In this document: one piece after another, positions 39,900 to 52,182 of the stretch
How positions within the stretch are numbered: position 1 is the first letter of the stretch
How the letters are laid out: each line of letters starts with the position of its first letter
Assembly (NCBI RefSeq): GCF_006345805.1
Contig: NC_043007.1
Location: 76,446,001-76,510,000, forward strand
Origin: Octopus sinensis
Lineage: Eukaryota
Reading direction: 5' to 3'
Length of the DNA stretch: 64,000 bases
The notes under the pieces: generated by a model
Databases searched by the model: none
Told to the model about the DNA's origin: nothing
Seen by the model: the letters and a program-made list of their open reading frames with translations, nothing else
Made by a program: the position numbers and the translations under genes

Positions 39900-41720
39900 C
39901 TTAATACCCTATTATTTGTCTATTGCATACCTTTCGCTGTATGTCTATAAATATAATTCATATTTATATTTATAAATCTTACATTTGATATATCGTGTAA
40001 CACTAATTTTCAAAAAGAAGCAGCAACGAACAAGGGCCTGGAATGTGTTCGACTTTGCATTAAAGCGTTTAACATCAAAGATCTTACTTGTGGTTCTGAA
40101 GCGAATATAGACGCCGATATCACAGTCTAGGAAAGCGTGCAAGATAGTTATAGCTAAATATATGGGGAAAAGTGTTGGAGCAGCAATATCACCTTGTTTA
40201 ACTCCGTTATCGATGGAAATTGGTTCCGATAGTGACCCATTGAAGTTAAGACGAGCTTTCATATCGCTATGATGTTGCTTAAACAAGTTGACAAATTGAG
40301 GTGGACATCTAAGCTTACCAAGAATGTTCCAGAGAACTGTCCTATTAACAGAGGTCGAAGGCTTTTGTTAAATCGACAAATACCTGGTAAAGAACCATGC
40401 GATGTTCGATGCATTTCTCCTGGAGTTGACGAAAAAAAAAATCATGTTCATTGTGCCACGACTTGATCTAAAACCATACTGACTCTACGGGATGAAAGAG
40501 GCATATCCACTTCCTTAGCCGATTAAGTAAAAGTTTTGCAAAAACCTTACCGACTATTTCAGGCAGGCTTAAAGCTCTGTAATTGTCACATTCGGATTTG
40601 GATCCTTTTCCTTTGAACAATGAAATTAAAATGGCATCAACTCAGTCCTGGGGAACAGAAGCACCCAATCAGATGTCTAATATTAGATGGTGGATCTCTA
40701 CAGCAAGTCTATTACCCTGTGGAGGAGAATTTCCACAGGAATACCGTTAAGGCCTTGTGCCTTCCCAGTATTTAATTCTTTGATTATCTTTTTGATTTCG
40801 TCTATAGTTGAGTGCTCCATTGTTACATGAATGATATCCTTTTGGGACAGATTACTGATGACATTTTCATCAATAACTGAAGGGACATAAAAAAGATCAG
40901 TGAAGTGCTCAGTCCAACGTTTCAAGATACCCTCATGATCCTTGAAGAGAAAGCAGCTGTCTTTAGACTTGAGTGGTACTACTGATGAAGACAGGCCGAG
41001 GACCAAACACTTGTCCGATCAAGTGATATACTGTTTTCAGGTCTTTACTGTTATACGCTTTCTGGATTTTTTCAGAAATATCCGACCACCATTTGTTTTT
41101 CATTTGTCGTATCTTTCTTTGGAGTGATGATTTTATCCCTTTGAGAGACTGCAGTAAGGGCTTTTTATCTTCATCTGGGGCACCGAGGTATTTTTGGTGC
41201 AACTTATGTTTATCTTCAAGAAGTTTATTGATCTGTAGATCGTTTTCATCAAACCAGTCCCGTTGTTTTCTGTTTCTGAGACCAAGAACCTCAACTCCAG
41301 CATTGTAAATAGTGGTCTTAAACTAAGCCCAAATTCCATAAAATTCCGCTTCTCCAGTAGCATTTCTAAGATTTGCCTGCACCTTAGAGCCCCTTAATTT
41401 CAACTCATCAATACGTTAAGGGACTTTATTCCTCCAGATCTTATTCTACGCATGATGCGGAGTTTTAATTTACCGCGTATGTGCATGTGGTCAGTTCCAC
41501 ATTCTTCACCTCACATGTCTCGGACAGTGCAAACATCTGGAAGGTCTCGTTTCTTGCACTGAGGAGTAAAGAGTGCATACCACTGCACTGATTACGACAT
41601 CACAGGTGATAAGCAGCTGAATTCTGTTTTTAAATGACTTGCTTCGAGAATTGTATTCGGTACGATATGTTTATTTATTTTAGTAGTTTTGACTTTAAGA
41701 GTCCCTCCTAGCGTGTGACA
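39900..41720 (-). mobile_element. Decayed RTE (BovB-like) non-LTR retrotransposon
   Basis: FKDHEGILKRWTEHF, LNTGKAQGLNGIPVEIL, NGVKQGDIAAPTLF, GVYIRFRTTSKIFDVKRF. Confidence 0.9.
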
Positions 41721-41976
41721 TTGATGTGTAATAATGCCCTCTATATAATATAAATAAATAAGTATATTTAAGTGAAAAAAACTTATGGATTTTTTTCTCT
41801 TATGAGGTTTTTCACGCTAACTACTTGATAAATTCTTATGAAGATTTTATCCTATTTTTAATTGTGTATATATATATATATATAATATCAGTTCCCTCAA
41901 AGATGATAGAGATAAAAACACGTACACGCAATATACACACATATATTCAAGAGTTAAAAATGTATATATATATATT

Positions 41977-42023
<47 letters not shown>

Positions 42024-42531
42024 CATGCACCCAACACTCACCCAAAGTTCACCACACCAAACATGCACCTGGCACCACACATCCGCGATTCAGCCAACTA
42101 TATACATATGTACATATAATACTTTGATGGCCGTTGACTCTTAAAAGTGCTTCCACCCTTTTTTCCTGCCCTTTTACTGGTCTTGTTTTTAGTCCAGCAG
42201 GGTGTCCAATACAAGTAGAATTGGTAGAGGAGCCGGTTTAGACGCCGACGACTCAACCATGCGATAGGTAGTACTGGGTTACGTGATACCAGTAGCGTAA
42301 ACGACCTGACGTATATGTGTGTGTGCGTGCGTGCGTGCGTGTGTGTATACATACACACACACACATGCACACACATGTACTTATATAGATATACATATAT
42401 ATATATATGTGTGTGTATGTACATATATATAATAAATAAAATCCAAACTTACAAGGAAAAAAATTCAATTTAGAAATACTAAATCAAATTTCACACATTA
42501 TGATATATATATAAAAAATTTGAAAAAAAAA

Positions 42532-42729
42532 CACCTTTTATCAATTCAAAATGAACAATTAAATTACGCCATCTAGAAAATTATACTAATTATATACGTT
42601 TTTATTATTATTTTTTTGCAATTTACTTAACCATTGAAATTTTAATGTTATTTTAATTTTAATATTTCTATTATATGTAATTTTCTAGATGGTGTAATTT
42701 AATTGTTCATTTTGAATTGATAAAAGGTG
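42532..42729. repeat. 54-bp inverted repeat (foldback remnant)
   Basis: 42532-42585 pairs with 42676-42729. Confidence 0.8.
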
Positions 42730-42976
42730 AGTTTTTTCTAATTATATATATATATATCACTTAAACATTTCTAGACGAATAGCCCGGTGTAGAACTCAAA
42801 ATATGAATGTTTCAGATCGAAGAGTTAGCTAAGTATAGAGCAGAAACAAGAAAGAGATAACAAAGGAATAAATGATTATCTTATGAACTTCATTAGCTTA
42901 CAGGCGTTTCTGTTCTAAGATGCTGTGGACTCATACCGTTGAGTGTTTGAATAACGTCTTATAGCTTATTCGGAGC

Positions 42977-43052
<76 letters not shown>

Positions 43053-43719
43053 TGTGTGTGTGTTTGTATGTATACATATATATATATATATGTGTGTGTG
43101 TGTGTTGTGTTGTGTGTGTGTTGTGTGTTTGTGTGTTTGTGTGTTTGTGTGTGTGTGTGGTGTGTGGTGTGTGTGTGTGTGTGTGTGTGTATTATACGTA
43201 TATTAAATGCTAGACAGAAAGATGACACTTTATGATAGTTTGAATTGATAGAAAGAACTAAGAGCTCAAATATCTCCCAAATCATCTTCTCCCGTTTTGA
43301 TATTGTAGGAAAACCTTGGATAAGGTAGTCCTTCATATACTCTATCCGAACAAAGAACAGGATAGTCAGGCTGCAACGTAATAGCTCATACGTGTGTTCG
43401 GTCTGAGCTAAATTGGAGTTAAACTTCTGCGGTAACTGGGGTTGCAAAGCTGCTAAAAATGAATGACTTAACAGAAGACTATTATTTGATCAGGAACAAC
43501 ACTCCTTGTTTAACGACCACTAATGTAACAATGCAACTTCGATTGAAATTAGTCAACCGGACGCAGTGACATATAGTGTACGTCATTGCTATACATTTTT
43601 GCACGCACGCGAGCGCACAAATGCACACACACACACACACACACATAATCCCACGAAAGTACATTGAAACACATTCACAAGCACACATACATGCATGTTT
43701 ATAAACATACTTATACAAC

Positions 43720-43777
<58 letters not shown>

Positions 43778-43861
43778 TATATAAACACATTATATATATA
43801 TATATTATATATATATATATATATATACATACATACATACATACATACATACATACATACA

Positions 43862-43897
<36 letters not shown>

Positions 43898-43944
43898 TAT
43901 ATAATATATATATACACACACACACACCACACACACACACATTA

Positions 43945-45200
43945 CTATCCAAAAGTTTAAGATTACCTAAACTTATTTTGGAAAAACATCTACAAAATGG
44001 AAATATCAGAAATTCTGGTGAAATTTATTTTTAATGTATAAATTCATTGTATGATATAATCAACTCACCAACTAAGCAAAGCTGTGAAAAATTAGAGGAA
44101 AATTAGAAAACTTAGAGGAAAATTAGACTCATTCAAATAACCACCTTAGAGCTTGATCACAGCAGGGCATGCTCAGGGCTTTCTTTCGACCAATGAAAGC
44201 AACTATTTGCTGATAATATTTTGCTACTCCTCTTGTAAGAGTGTCCAGAGGATTTCTGCAGAACTTGATTGTCGCTTTTTAATCCTGCGATGCAATTCAT
44301 TCCACAAAATTTTGACGGGATTGCAATCGGAGGATTGGGATGACCATTCCATTACAGTCGACCATTTTTCATCCATGTTCTTGTATAAATAGCTTTTGCA
44401 TAGCTGAGAAGTATATTTAGGATCATTATCTTGCATCAGCAGGAAATTATCACCGATCAACCTTCTCCCAGATGGAATGGCATGATGCAGAAGGATAGAG
44501 GGATACCTGTTTAGGTTCAATATTCTTGTTACTCGATGAATATCCTCAATACTACTGCCGGCAAAGCAACCACAGATCATCACACTTCCTCTACCATGCT
44601 TTACTGTTGGAACTATACACTCAGGAGTCATTCATTCACTAATTCTTCATCCCACATAAACTCTACACTAGGATACGAAGATTTCAAACTTTGACTTATC
44701 AGTCCAGAGTTCGCGTTTCCATTGATCAACGGCCCAGGTTTGTTGTTTTCTGACCAATATGAGTTGCTTATGTTTATTCACGGGTTGAAGTAGTGGTTTC
44801 CTGACAGCCCGACAGCCATTTAGACCGGTAGCAATAAGTCTTCTCCTCACAGTTGTAGGAGACACGTTAGCTTCGCCCGCTTACTTGTTCAGCGCTTTCA
44901 TTTGCTGTTGGGAGCCTGTTTCGAAGGCTGGTATCTCTGATGCACTTATCCTGTGATTTAGAAGTCACTTTTGGACGACCTGACCAAGCTCTGTCATTAT
45001 TCTTTCCTGTTCTATTAAACCTTACAATGGCAGAGCGGACGACAGTGTAGGGAACTTCAACTTTTTGGACTATAACTCGAAAACTATAGTCTTCACTATG
45101 TAATGTGAAAATGCTTTGTCTCTTTTCAGGCGATAAGTTACTAGATTTGCTCATATTTAAGTTTATTTTTTGTAAATTTCACTAATTTTTCTTATTTTTC
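43945..45200 (-). mobile_element. Tc1-like transposon (DD38E spacing), frameshifted
   Basis: SGRPKVTS; GCRAVRKPLL; WTDKSKFEIF; PTVKHGRGSVMICGCF; MQDNDPKY...SQSSDCNPV[K], with 38 residues after D2. Confidence 0.85.
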
Positions 45201-46180
45201 TTAACTGAACCTGAAAAAAACAATAACACATTTAACGCAGTCAAGTGATGTTACCTCAACCGACAACTCATAAGGAGAGTAAATAATCAAAATGTATTGC
45301 AACTTTGTCAAAAAGTGAACGCTAAAATGATTTTGACAACATTCCCAAATAGGTTTGCCATCAAGAAATATGGCTATTTGCATATAAAATACGTATAAAC
45401 AGTGTTATTCCATATCGAATAAACCCCAAACTTTATGCAATACGTTAGTCCATATTTTAATATCAAAAAATTATCTAAGGCGATAATTTTGAACTAAAAC
45501 TTCCACTTTAAAACAGTAGGATATATATAGTTAATATCCAGTTAAAAGAAGAAAAGGAAATGGAGATTAAGAGGAAATTAACAAATTATTTATTATTAAC
45601 AAATTGGCTATCTTTGCTTCTTACACCTGTTTCAATTAATAGTCAATAATTTAATCACAAATTTGTACATTAAATTTTCATTTATGCGACATGAGCACAA
45701 GTTCATCAGAGAAAAAAGACTACTTTGAGATATTATTTGCGGAACTGTCAATTCATTTCATGTCCATTAATTGAAACGGCTGTAAGAAGTGAAGATAACC
45801 AATTTGCTAATAGTAAATAATTGCTAACTTCCTAATCTCCATTTTCTTTTCTTCTTTTAACTGAATATAAACTATATGCTTAATATATATCTATTGTTTT
45901 GAGGGTATTTCATTCCCCAACAATACTAGGTATTTCCTTGGATGCAACCATCCCTTCATGAGGTTAACACATCCTCTATCTAAATATATTTGTGTGTGTA
46001 TATATATATATTAATAGTTATCGCCAAGCTACCATGGCAGTCCAGGAAAATAGGACGAATGTTGCCGTTGATTAGCTCCAAGAGGCCATCGCCTCTTGCT
46101 AGCTATGTGACACACAAACCTGTGTCCATTACAACCTTCGAACAGGGGAGGTCAACAGCTCCCCTTTGCTGGTTCAACAA

Positions 46181-46221
46181 CGACATACTAGTTTCGGGGT
46201 ATTTTCCCCTTATCAATGTGG
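46181..46221 (-). ncRNA. Type I hammerhead ribozyme motif, copy 1 (U3-A8 core, GUA site)
   Basis: Minus strand reads ccaca-TTGATAA-gggg-aaaata-cccc-GAAA-ctag-TA-tgtcg. Confidence 0.7.
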
Positions 46222-46412
46222 AGTGGCCAAACCCAATAGGCGTCGCTGATGACCGATATTAATAGTTATCGCCAGGCTAACATAGGACGAATACTGTCGT
46301 TGATTAGCTCCAAGAGGCCATCGCCCCAAGCTAGCTATGTGACACACAAACCTGTGTCCATTATAACCTTTGAACAGGGGAGGTCAGCAGCTTCCCCTTG
46401 CTGGTTCAACAG

Positions 46413-46453
46413 TCACAGACTAGTTTCGGTGTATTTGCCCCTTATCAATGTGG
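46413..46453 (-). ncRNA. Type I hammerhead ribozyme motif, copy 2 (U3-A8 core, GUC site)
   Basis: Minus strand reads ccaca-TTGATAA-gggg-caaata-cacc-GAAA-ctag-TC-tgtga. Confidence 0.7.
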
Positions 46454-46596
46454 AGTAGCCGAACCCAGCAGGCGTCGCTGCTGACTGTCTGTTCGAAGGT
46501 TTATTTACCTATATTTATTTACCTATATCCACTGAATATAGGTAAATAAACCTTCGAACAGACAGTCAGCAGCGACGCCTGCTGGGTTCGGCTACT

Positions 46597-46637
46597 CCAC
46601 ATTAATAAGGGGCAAATACCCCGAAACTAGTCTGTGG
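46597..46637 (+). ncRNA. Type I hammerhead motif, copy 3 (inverted; G5A, probably inactive)
   Basis: ccaca-TTAATAA-gggg-caaata-cccc-GAAA-ctag-TC-tgtgg. Confidence 0.6.
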
Positions 46638-46699
46638 GTGTTGAACCAGCAAGGGGAAGCTGCTGACCTTCCCTGTTCGAAGGTTATAATGGTTATAAT

Positions 46700-47915
46700 T
46701 GCTGCGGCGGTTGGATAGTTTGGGGGGCATCCCCAATGAAATCGAATGTGGTAAGTCTGTTTCTGCATATGCAGATGACGTCACCATCACCGTATCCAAT
46801 ATAACTCAGCTACCTTGTGTAGAGTAAGCAATCAAAAGATACGAGGCGGTGCCAGGGGCAAAAGATAACAAGGACAAGTCCATTGGTTTGCGGCTTGGCA
46901 CCTGGAGCAGCAAGCCGATAACGTCCTGTGTTGTGGGGCACTGGACGGATGGTCCTGTTAAGTTGCTTGGAGTTTAGTTTGTTCCAGACTACCAGACGGA
47001 GAAGAGTTGGTGTGAGGTAGCAGTCAGAGTGGAAGTGCTAGACCGGACCTGGTCTGGAAGGGAGGGTGGAGGTGGTAAATGTGTTTATTGCGTCTGTTAT
47101 TACCTACCGTCTGGTCGTTGTCCCTTGCCTTGATTCGGGTCTATGCAAGTTGGTGGTAGGGAAACCGCTTGTGAGGCGCTCCGTATGCTGCCAAGATCCG
47201 CTAAAGGGTGGGTTAGGGATGCCGTGGCTATAGAGGTGCAGACATGCACTGAGGCTAAGGCATCTCTATCTCTACCTGGATGGTGGCCAAGTGTGGAATT
47301 CGCTTGCAGGAGAATTCTTTCCATGATCGGCCTCCTTGGAGGAATTTACACACGATTCGATCAAAAGACAGAATACGACTGAATGGCAAAAGGAGTGCCG
47401 AGAGGCACTTGCGCTAAAACACAGGGCGGGCAAGGCCGGCAGCGGAAATACCAGAGTATAAGAGCGATGATATTCTAGGAGAGGCTCTGGGGTTCGATGA
47501 GAACCAGCTAGCCAACCTGTTTCAAAAAACCTGCAGATCAGGGTGTCTGGATAATTACCAAAGATCCCTGACCTGGCGATGTTACAGGGATGCGTTACCT
47601 GTCCGCGATAAATTGTCCAGGCACGGAATATCAGTGCCACCGGCATGCCCAAGGTGCGGGCAGGACAAGTAAATTGTCCTGCACGCTCTTGTACAATGTC
47701 TGGAGCTTTCGGGCTTGATAATTTACGTAGAACACGTGTTGTCGCACCTGGGAAGAGTACAGCTATCAGTTGAGTCTGTGACAAAGATTGTACCGCCAAC
47801 CGAACTATCAAAGGAAGGTGAGGCATGTTTTCTGAGTACGGTCGCAGTAACGAAAGGGTATGCATGGAGAACAAGAATGCAAGGAATCGAGACAGGATCC
47901 TTCAGCTTCATATAC
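46700..47915 (+). mobile_element. Decayed L1/Tx1-type ORF2 3' fragment
   Basis: SAYADDVTITVS at 46762-46797; GAKINKDKSIGL; RDALPVRDKL...CPRCGQ...HALVQC zinc knuckle. Confidence 0.85.
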
Positions 47916-48129
47916 AGTAAGTATATGTGGTTGATAATATTTGTTACACTAGTGTTGCTTCTATTTCATATTTGAATATATATGTATGTATATAGAAAAC
48001 CATGTATATATATATATATATAACCATTCGCACCAAAATCATATGGAATAATATATATATATATATATCAAAGGCCAGAAGGAGATACAAAAGTCTTTTG
48101 TGCTTACATATATATATATATATTATATA

Positions 48130-48180
<51 letters not shown>

Positions 48181-48183
<3 letters not shown>

Positions 48184-49519
48184 TTTGATACTTTGATACT
48201 TTGATAGGTTTCGGCCATTATTGGCCCAGGCCATGTCTAACTTAATAGCACCACCTGGTGAAGTCTTTCAAGTCAGAATTGGGCACTATGGCCCACTCAA
48301 GTAGAGAGTTATTGTTTACAGAGACATATCCGGGTGTAGGGGGTTTATCCGGGATTTCTTGAAGGAATCTGTCCAAAGACTTCTTGAACCCTATAGGGTC
48401 AGTTTCTGTTTTAATGTGTTTTGGTGTAATGTTAAAGAGAGCGGGGCCAATTGAGGTGAAATAATTGTGCCGTATTGTTGTTATGAGATGAGAGTGCGAT
48501 TTTTGTTTTGGGCGGATAGCACGGGGCCCAAGCCTTGGATGTACCTTAAAGGTGATGCCAACATCATTTGGGCAATGCTGATGGAATATTTTCCACATCA
48601 TGCAGATGATGTAGCGCTCACGACGACGTTGGAGCGAATAAAGTTTTAGCTTTTCTAGTCGACCCCAATAGTCGAGGCCTGTCATGCCATCTATCTTTCT
48701 TGTGATTGCCCTTTGAGGTGCTTCAACTTTTATGATACTTTGTATTGTGTGGGGAGACCACAGTGGACAACAGTATTCAAGGTGGGGTCGGGCAAAAGTG
48801 GAGAAGAGAAGGGTAATGGTGTGGATATCTCTCGACTGGAAAGTTCTGAGAATCCAGGAACACATTCTGCGGGCCATGTCAACTTTGGTGTTTATATGAG
48901 TGGCCCAGCTTATGTTGTTGTCCACAATTACTCCAAAGTCTCTGATGTTGTTGGACGCCGCGAGAGTTTCACCTGAAGGAAGGGAGTATGGGAGTTTCAG
49001 GGCATCCTCTTTTCCAAAGTGGATTAACTCAAATTTATCCTCGTTCAGCAGCATATTGTTTTTTTCTGCCCATTGGATAACAGCCAGTAGATCTGACTGA
49101 AGGCATGTCCGGTCACTCGCCTCATTTATGACCTTCTGTAGCTTGGAATCATCTGCAAAGATTTTTATGTTGCTGTGCTTGATGATGTCATTGATGTCAT
49201 TAATGTAGATGATGAAAAGAAGTGGGCCCAGCACAGTGCCTTGCGGAACGCCACTACTGACTTTGGCTGGGCTTGATTTTACCCCTTCAACTACAACATG
49301 TTGAGATCTGTCTGTCAGGAAACACTTGATCCATTTCAGTAACTTTCCAGAGACACCAATGCTGGATAGTTTTTTCAATAGGATCTTGTGATCGACCCTG
49401 TCGAAGGCCTTACTGAAATCAAGGTAGATGACATCGGTGTTGGAGCCCTCTCCCAAAGCTCTCAAAATGTCATCAAAGTGATGCAGGAGCTGCGTTAGGC
49501 AGTCCCTTCCATTACGGAA
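48181..49519 (-). mobile_element. 5'-truncated young CR1-type LINE with a (TCAAAGTA)n tail
   Basis: Uninterrupted RT frame. The 3' end carries tandem tcaaagta repeats abutting (TA)n. Confidence 0.9.
48242..49465 (-). CDS. CR1-type reverse transcriptase, C-terminal part (407 aa, 5'-truncated)
   Basis: YLDFSKAFDRVDH, SGVPQGTVLGPLLF, FADDSKL, RPHLEYCCPLWSP, YSLQRRRERY. Confidence 0.92.
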   Translation of the reverse strand: MRALGEGSNTDVIYLDFSKAFDRVDHKILLKKLSSIGVSGKLLKWIKCFLTDRSQHVVVEGVKSSPAKVSSGVPQGTVLGPLLFIIYINDINDIIKHSNIKIFADDSKLQKVINEASDRTCLQSDLLAVIQWAEKNNMLLNEDKFELIHFGKEDALKLPYSLPSGETLAASNNIRDFGVIVDNNISWATHINTKVDMARRMCSWILRTFQSRDIHTITLLFSTFARPHLEYCCPLWSPHTIQSIIKVEAPQRAITRKIDGMTGLDYWGRLEKLKLYSLQRRRERYIICMMWKIFHQHCPNDVGITFKVHPRLGPRAIRPKQKSHSHLITTIRHNYFTSIGPALFNITPKHIKTETDPIGFKKSLDRFLQEIPDKPPTPGYVSVNNNSLLEWAIVPNSDLKDFTRWCY

Positions 49520-49985
49520 TATATATTAGTTTTATTTATAAACGGAGGAATAGATCTCAATATATAACTTGGAGTATATAAATTCCATGTGACACTGTAG
49601 CTATTGTGACACATGAAAGTTTATGCCGAAGCAGCTACTAAATCAAAGTAAGGACAGGAGTACGAGATTCTAAACCAAACTTCCCAAAGTGGCTGTTACT
49701 GCCACCTTCAAGCGGTGGAAAATTTTCATGTCGGTAATGGAGACCAGGAGATGTATGAGTTAGTAGAAGCATAATTGCAATTTTTTTTTTCTTGTCGTTG
49801 TCTGTTATTAAAATACTGACTTAACAAGAAGAATTTCATGTCGTATTATGATAACCTACTTGTTAGAGGAAATCACAAAAAACAACGCCAATGACAATAA
49901 CTACGACGTTAGCAACAATAACAAACACCAAAAGATGAATAAGTAAAAAAAAATACAATGGAATAATTACCATTTAAGCTCCTTT

Positions 49986-50038
<53 letters not shown>

Positions 50039-50119
50039 ACGTGAAGAAAGATTTTCTTAAATTTAAGATCTCTCGCCCTCTCGCCCTCTCCTTCTCTGTT
50101 TCTCCCTCCCTCTCTCTCC

Positions 50120-50191
<72 letters not shown>

Positions 50192-50199
50192 ATCCTATA

Positions 50200-51015
50200 T
50201 AATAACATATCCATGTATGGTCTTCATATACGCTCATCCTTTCAGCTGATGACACATTGCAGTTGGACATATATATTTAAGATTATCAGACAAGGAATGC
50301 TGCGGGTAGAGAGTGTGGGAACTGAGTAGCATTCATACACTTTCCAGTTTAGAGCTGTTGGGGCTTTCCATGCTAGAGCAGAGATAAAGTTTCAGCCATT
50401 TCCAGTACCATGTTATTTCAGGTCGAGATTACCGTGAAGAAAACGATAGTGTTATACAAATTATGACGATATTTTGCTTGACAGCAGATCCAGTCAACTC
50501 TGGCGACTTATTTATGGGGTTTAATGTTCGAACATTAAACCCCATAAGTTGGAAATGTTGAAATATCCTTTTTTCATTTTGAGTTTGACTTCGTTACTGA
50601 CTTTTCGAACAATATGGCCGAGGCAATAACTTCAGCAACTCACACCGCTTGTTGACCTACGCGATGGGCGTTGCGCTTAGAAAGGGTCGTGCTTATCTTT
50701 CATTTGGTGAATATTCCATCTTCGTATGCTACACCTATAGATGTTCCTGCAGTTGCCTTATTGAACTGTAAGTTCTTCCGCCCAGCGTTTTTGTGTGTTT
50801 CGCTGTTAACAGATAGCAGCTCTTACACCGAAACAAACATATCCATCATACTGCTTCCCATGGCCTCACCATGACCCTAGCTCTGGGATTTTTTATCATT
50901 GAGGTTAACTCCTCTCGGGTGATTATTTTAGTCTAGCTCCTGACACTCGACCTGTCTGATATAGGTGGCCCTACCATGAAATGAACTCCCACCAGCATAG
51001 CTTTTGGGATCATTG
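50200..51015 (-). mobile_element. Decayed RTE-type element: 5' UTR plus start of the APE endonuclease
   Basis: Minus strand gives FNVRTLNPINKSPELTGSAVKQNIVIICI...HRFLH...HGTGNG...SALAWK, an APE N-terminus. Confidence 0.7.
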
Positions 51016-52037
51016 AAGCACGAATATAAAAATATAATAAATAATATAAAAAATAAATGAAATAAAATATATGTAAACAATATATATATATATACGTACA
51101 CTTTGGTGAATGGCCGTTACTACAGATAAGTTCTGCCCTTTGATGGATTTCATTTTTTCCGTCACACAGGGTGTTCAACAGTCACCCATCTCAGCAAGCA
51201 AGCTCGACGATCCGACTATATAACAGGTTGTACTGAGTTATATATTAACAATAACGCTCAAGAGCGACCTCACATAAAAATAATAACAATATTCAATAAT
51301 CAGATCTGCTGAATTGAAATCACCACAGTTATGTCATTACAACCACCATTGTGCTATTTCCTAGCACCCCCACTGAGTTGTTACTTTAAAACCATCACCG
51401 AATTGTGTCCCTGCAAGGACTTGTTAAATCTCAGTCACTTCGAGATTTAACTGCTTCTGTAAAACAACTTATCGTAATGTAGTTACTAGTCGGCAATTAT
51501 TGTAGTATTGCCACTATCTATGACGATGATTGTTTACACTGTAACTGTGTAGTAACAATAAAATATATAAGAAGTGGGATAACAACAACGTGAGAAAGAA
51601 TCCAACAACCTTTCCACAACTTATACACGAACCAACAAACGATATTTCGACAAACTACCAAAACGACACCTTACGACTTCCTGCGATTAACGCCTACTCT
51701 CTCTGTCTCTCACGCAGACCTTTACAATTTATACAATTCTTGCAGGGTGTCGTGACTCTCGCTACAACACAACTTAATAATGTTATTGTAACCGTCGCTC
51801 AACCAACACAATAACTGCCATTATAGCCACAACCGAGTTATTTCGTTACAATCGACACTACTGTGTCATTAACACCACCAGTGTGATCTCATTTCAATTG
51901 TATGCACTGTCATCTTACAACCTATACCGATCTGTGTCACTGACCTGTGACATGAAAATCCTAGTGAGTTGTGTCATCAAAACAACGTCTTAATACACCC
52001 GACTGAGCTGAGTTTGTTCAGCAGAACGACTGACGTT

Positions 52038-52058
52038 TCTCATTACAGCAAGTCAAAC

Positions 52059-52133
<75 letters not shown>
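52038..52133. repeat. (TAA)n microsatellite
   Basis: Seen directly. Confidence 0.95.
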
Positions 52134-52182
52134 GGGTACACCAGGCACATGCATCACAACCATATGTGCGCGACATGGTGAT

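Larger units (their letters stand above)
46011..46490 (-). repeat. Two tandem 232/248-nt units, each with a type I hammerhead motif (retrozyme-like)
   Basis: ttaatagttatcgcc starts at 46011 and again at 46259. The units align along their length apart from a 16-nt indel. Confidence 0.85.

Noticed and set aside
45990-46458. Two similar short plus-strand ORFs (…SSKRPSP…HKPVSI…)
   Set aside because: They reflect the tandem non-coding hammerhead repeat read antisense; no protein motif.
47272-47874. 200-aa minus-strand ORF
   Set aside because: Antisense to the Tx1 ORF2 fragment.
48205-48240. ggcc...ggccgaaac hairpin in the CR1 3' UTR
   Set aside because: No CUGANGA core upstream; likely just a LINE 3' stem-loop.
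51160-51230. Faint resemblance to reverse-complement 5S rRNA (gtcacccatc)
   Set aside because: Too short and too divergent to support a call.
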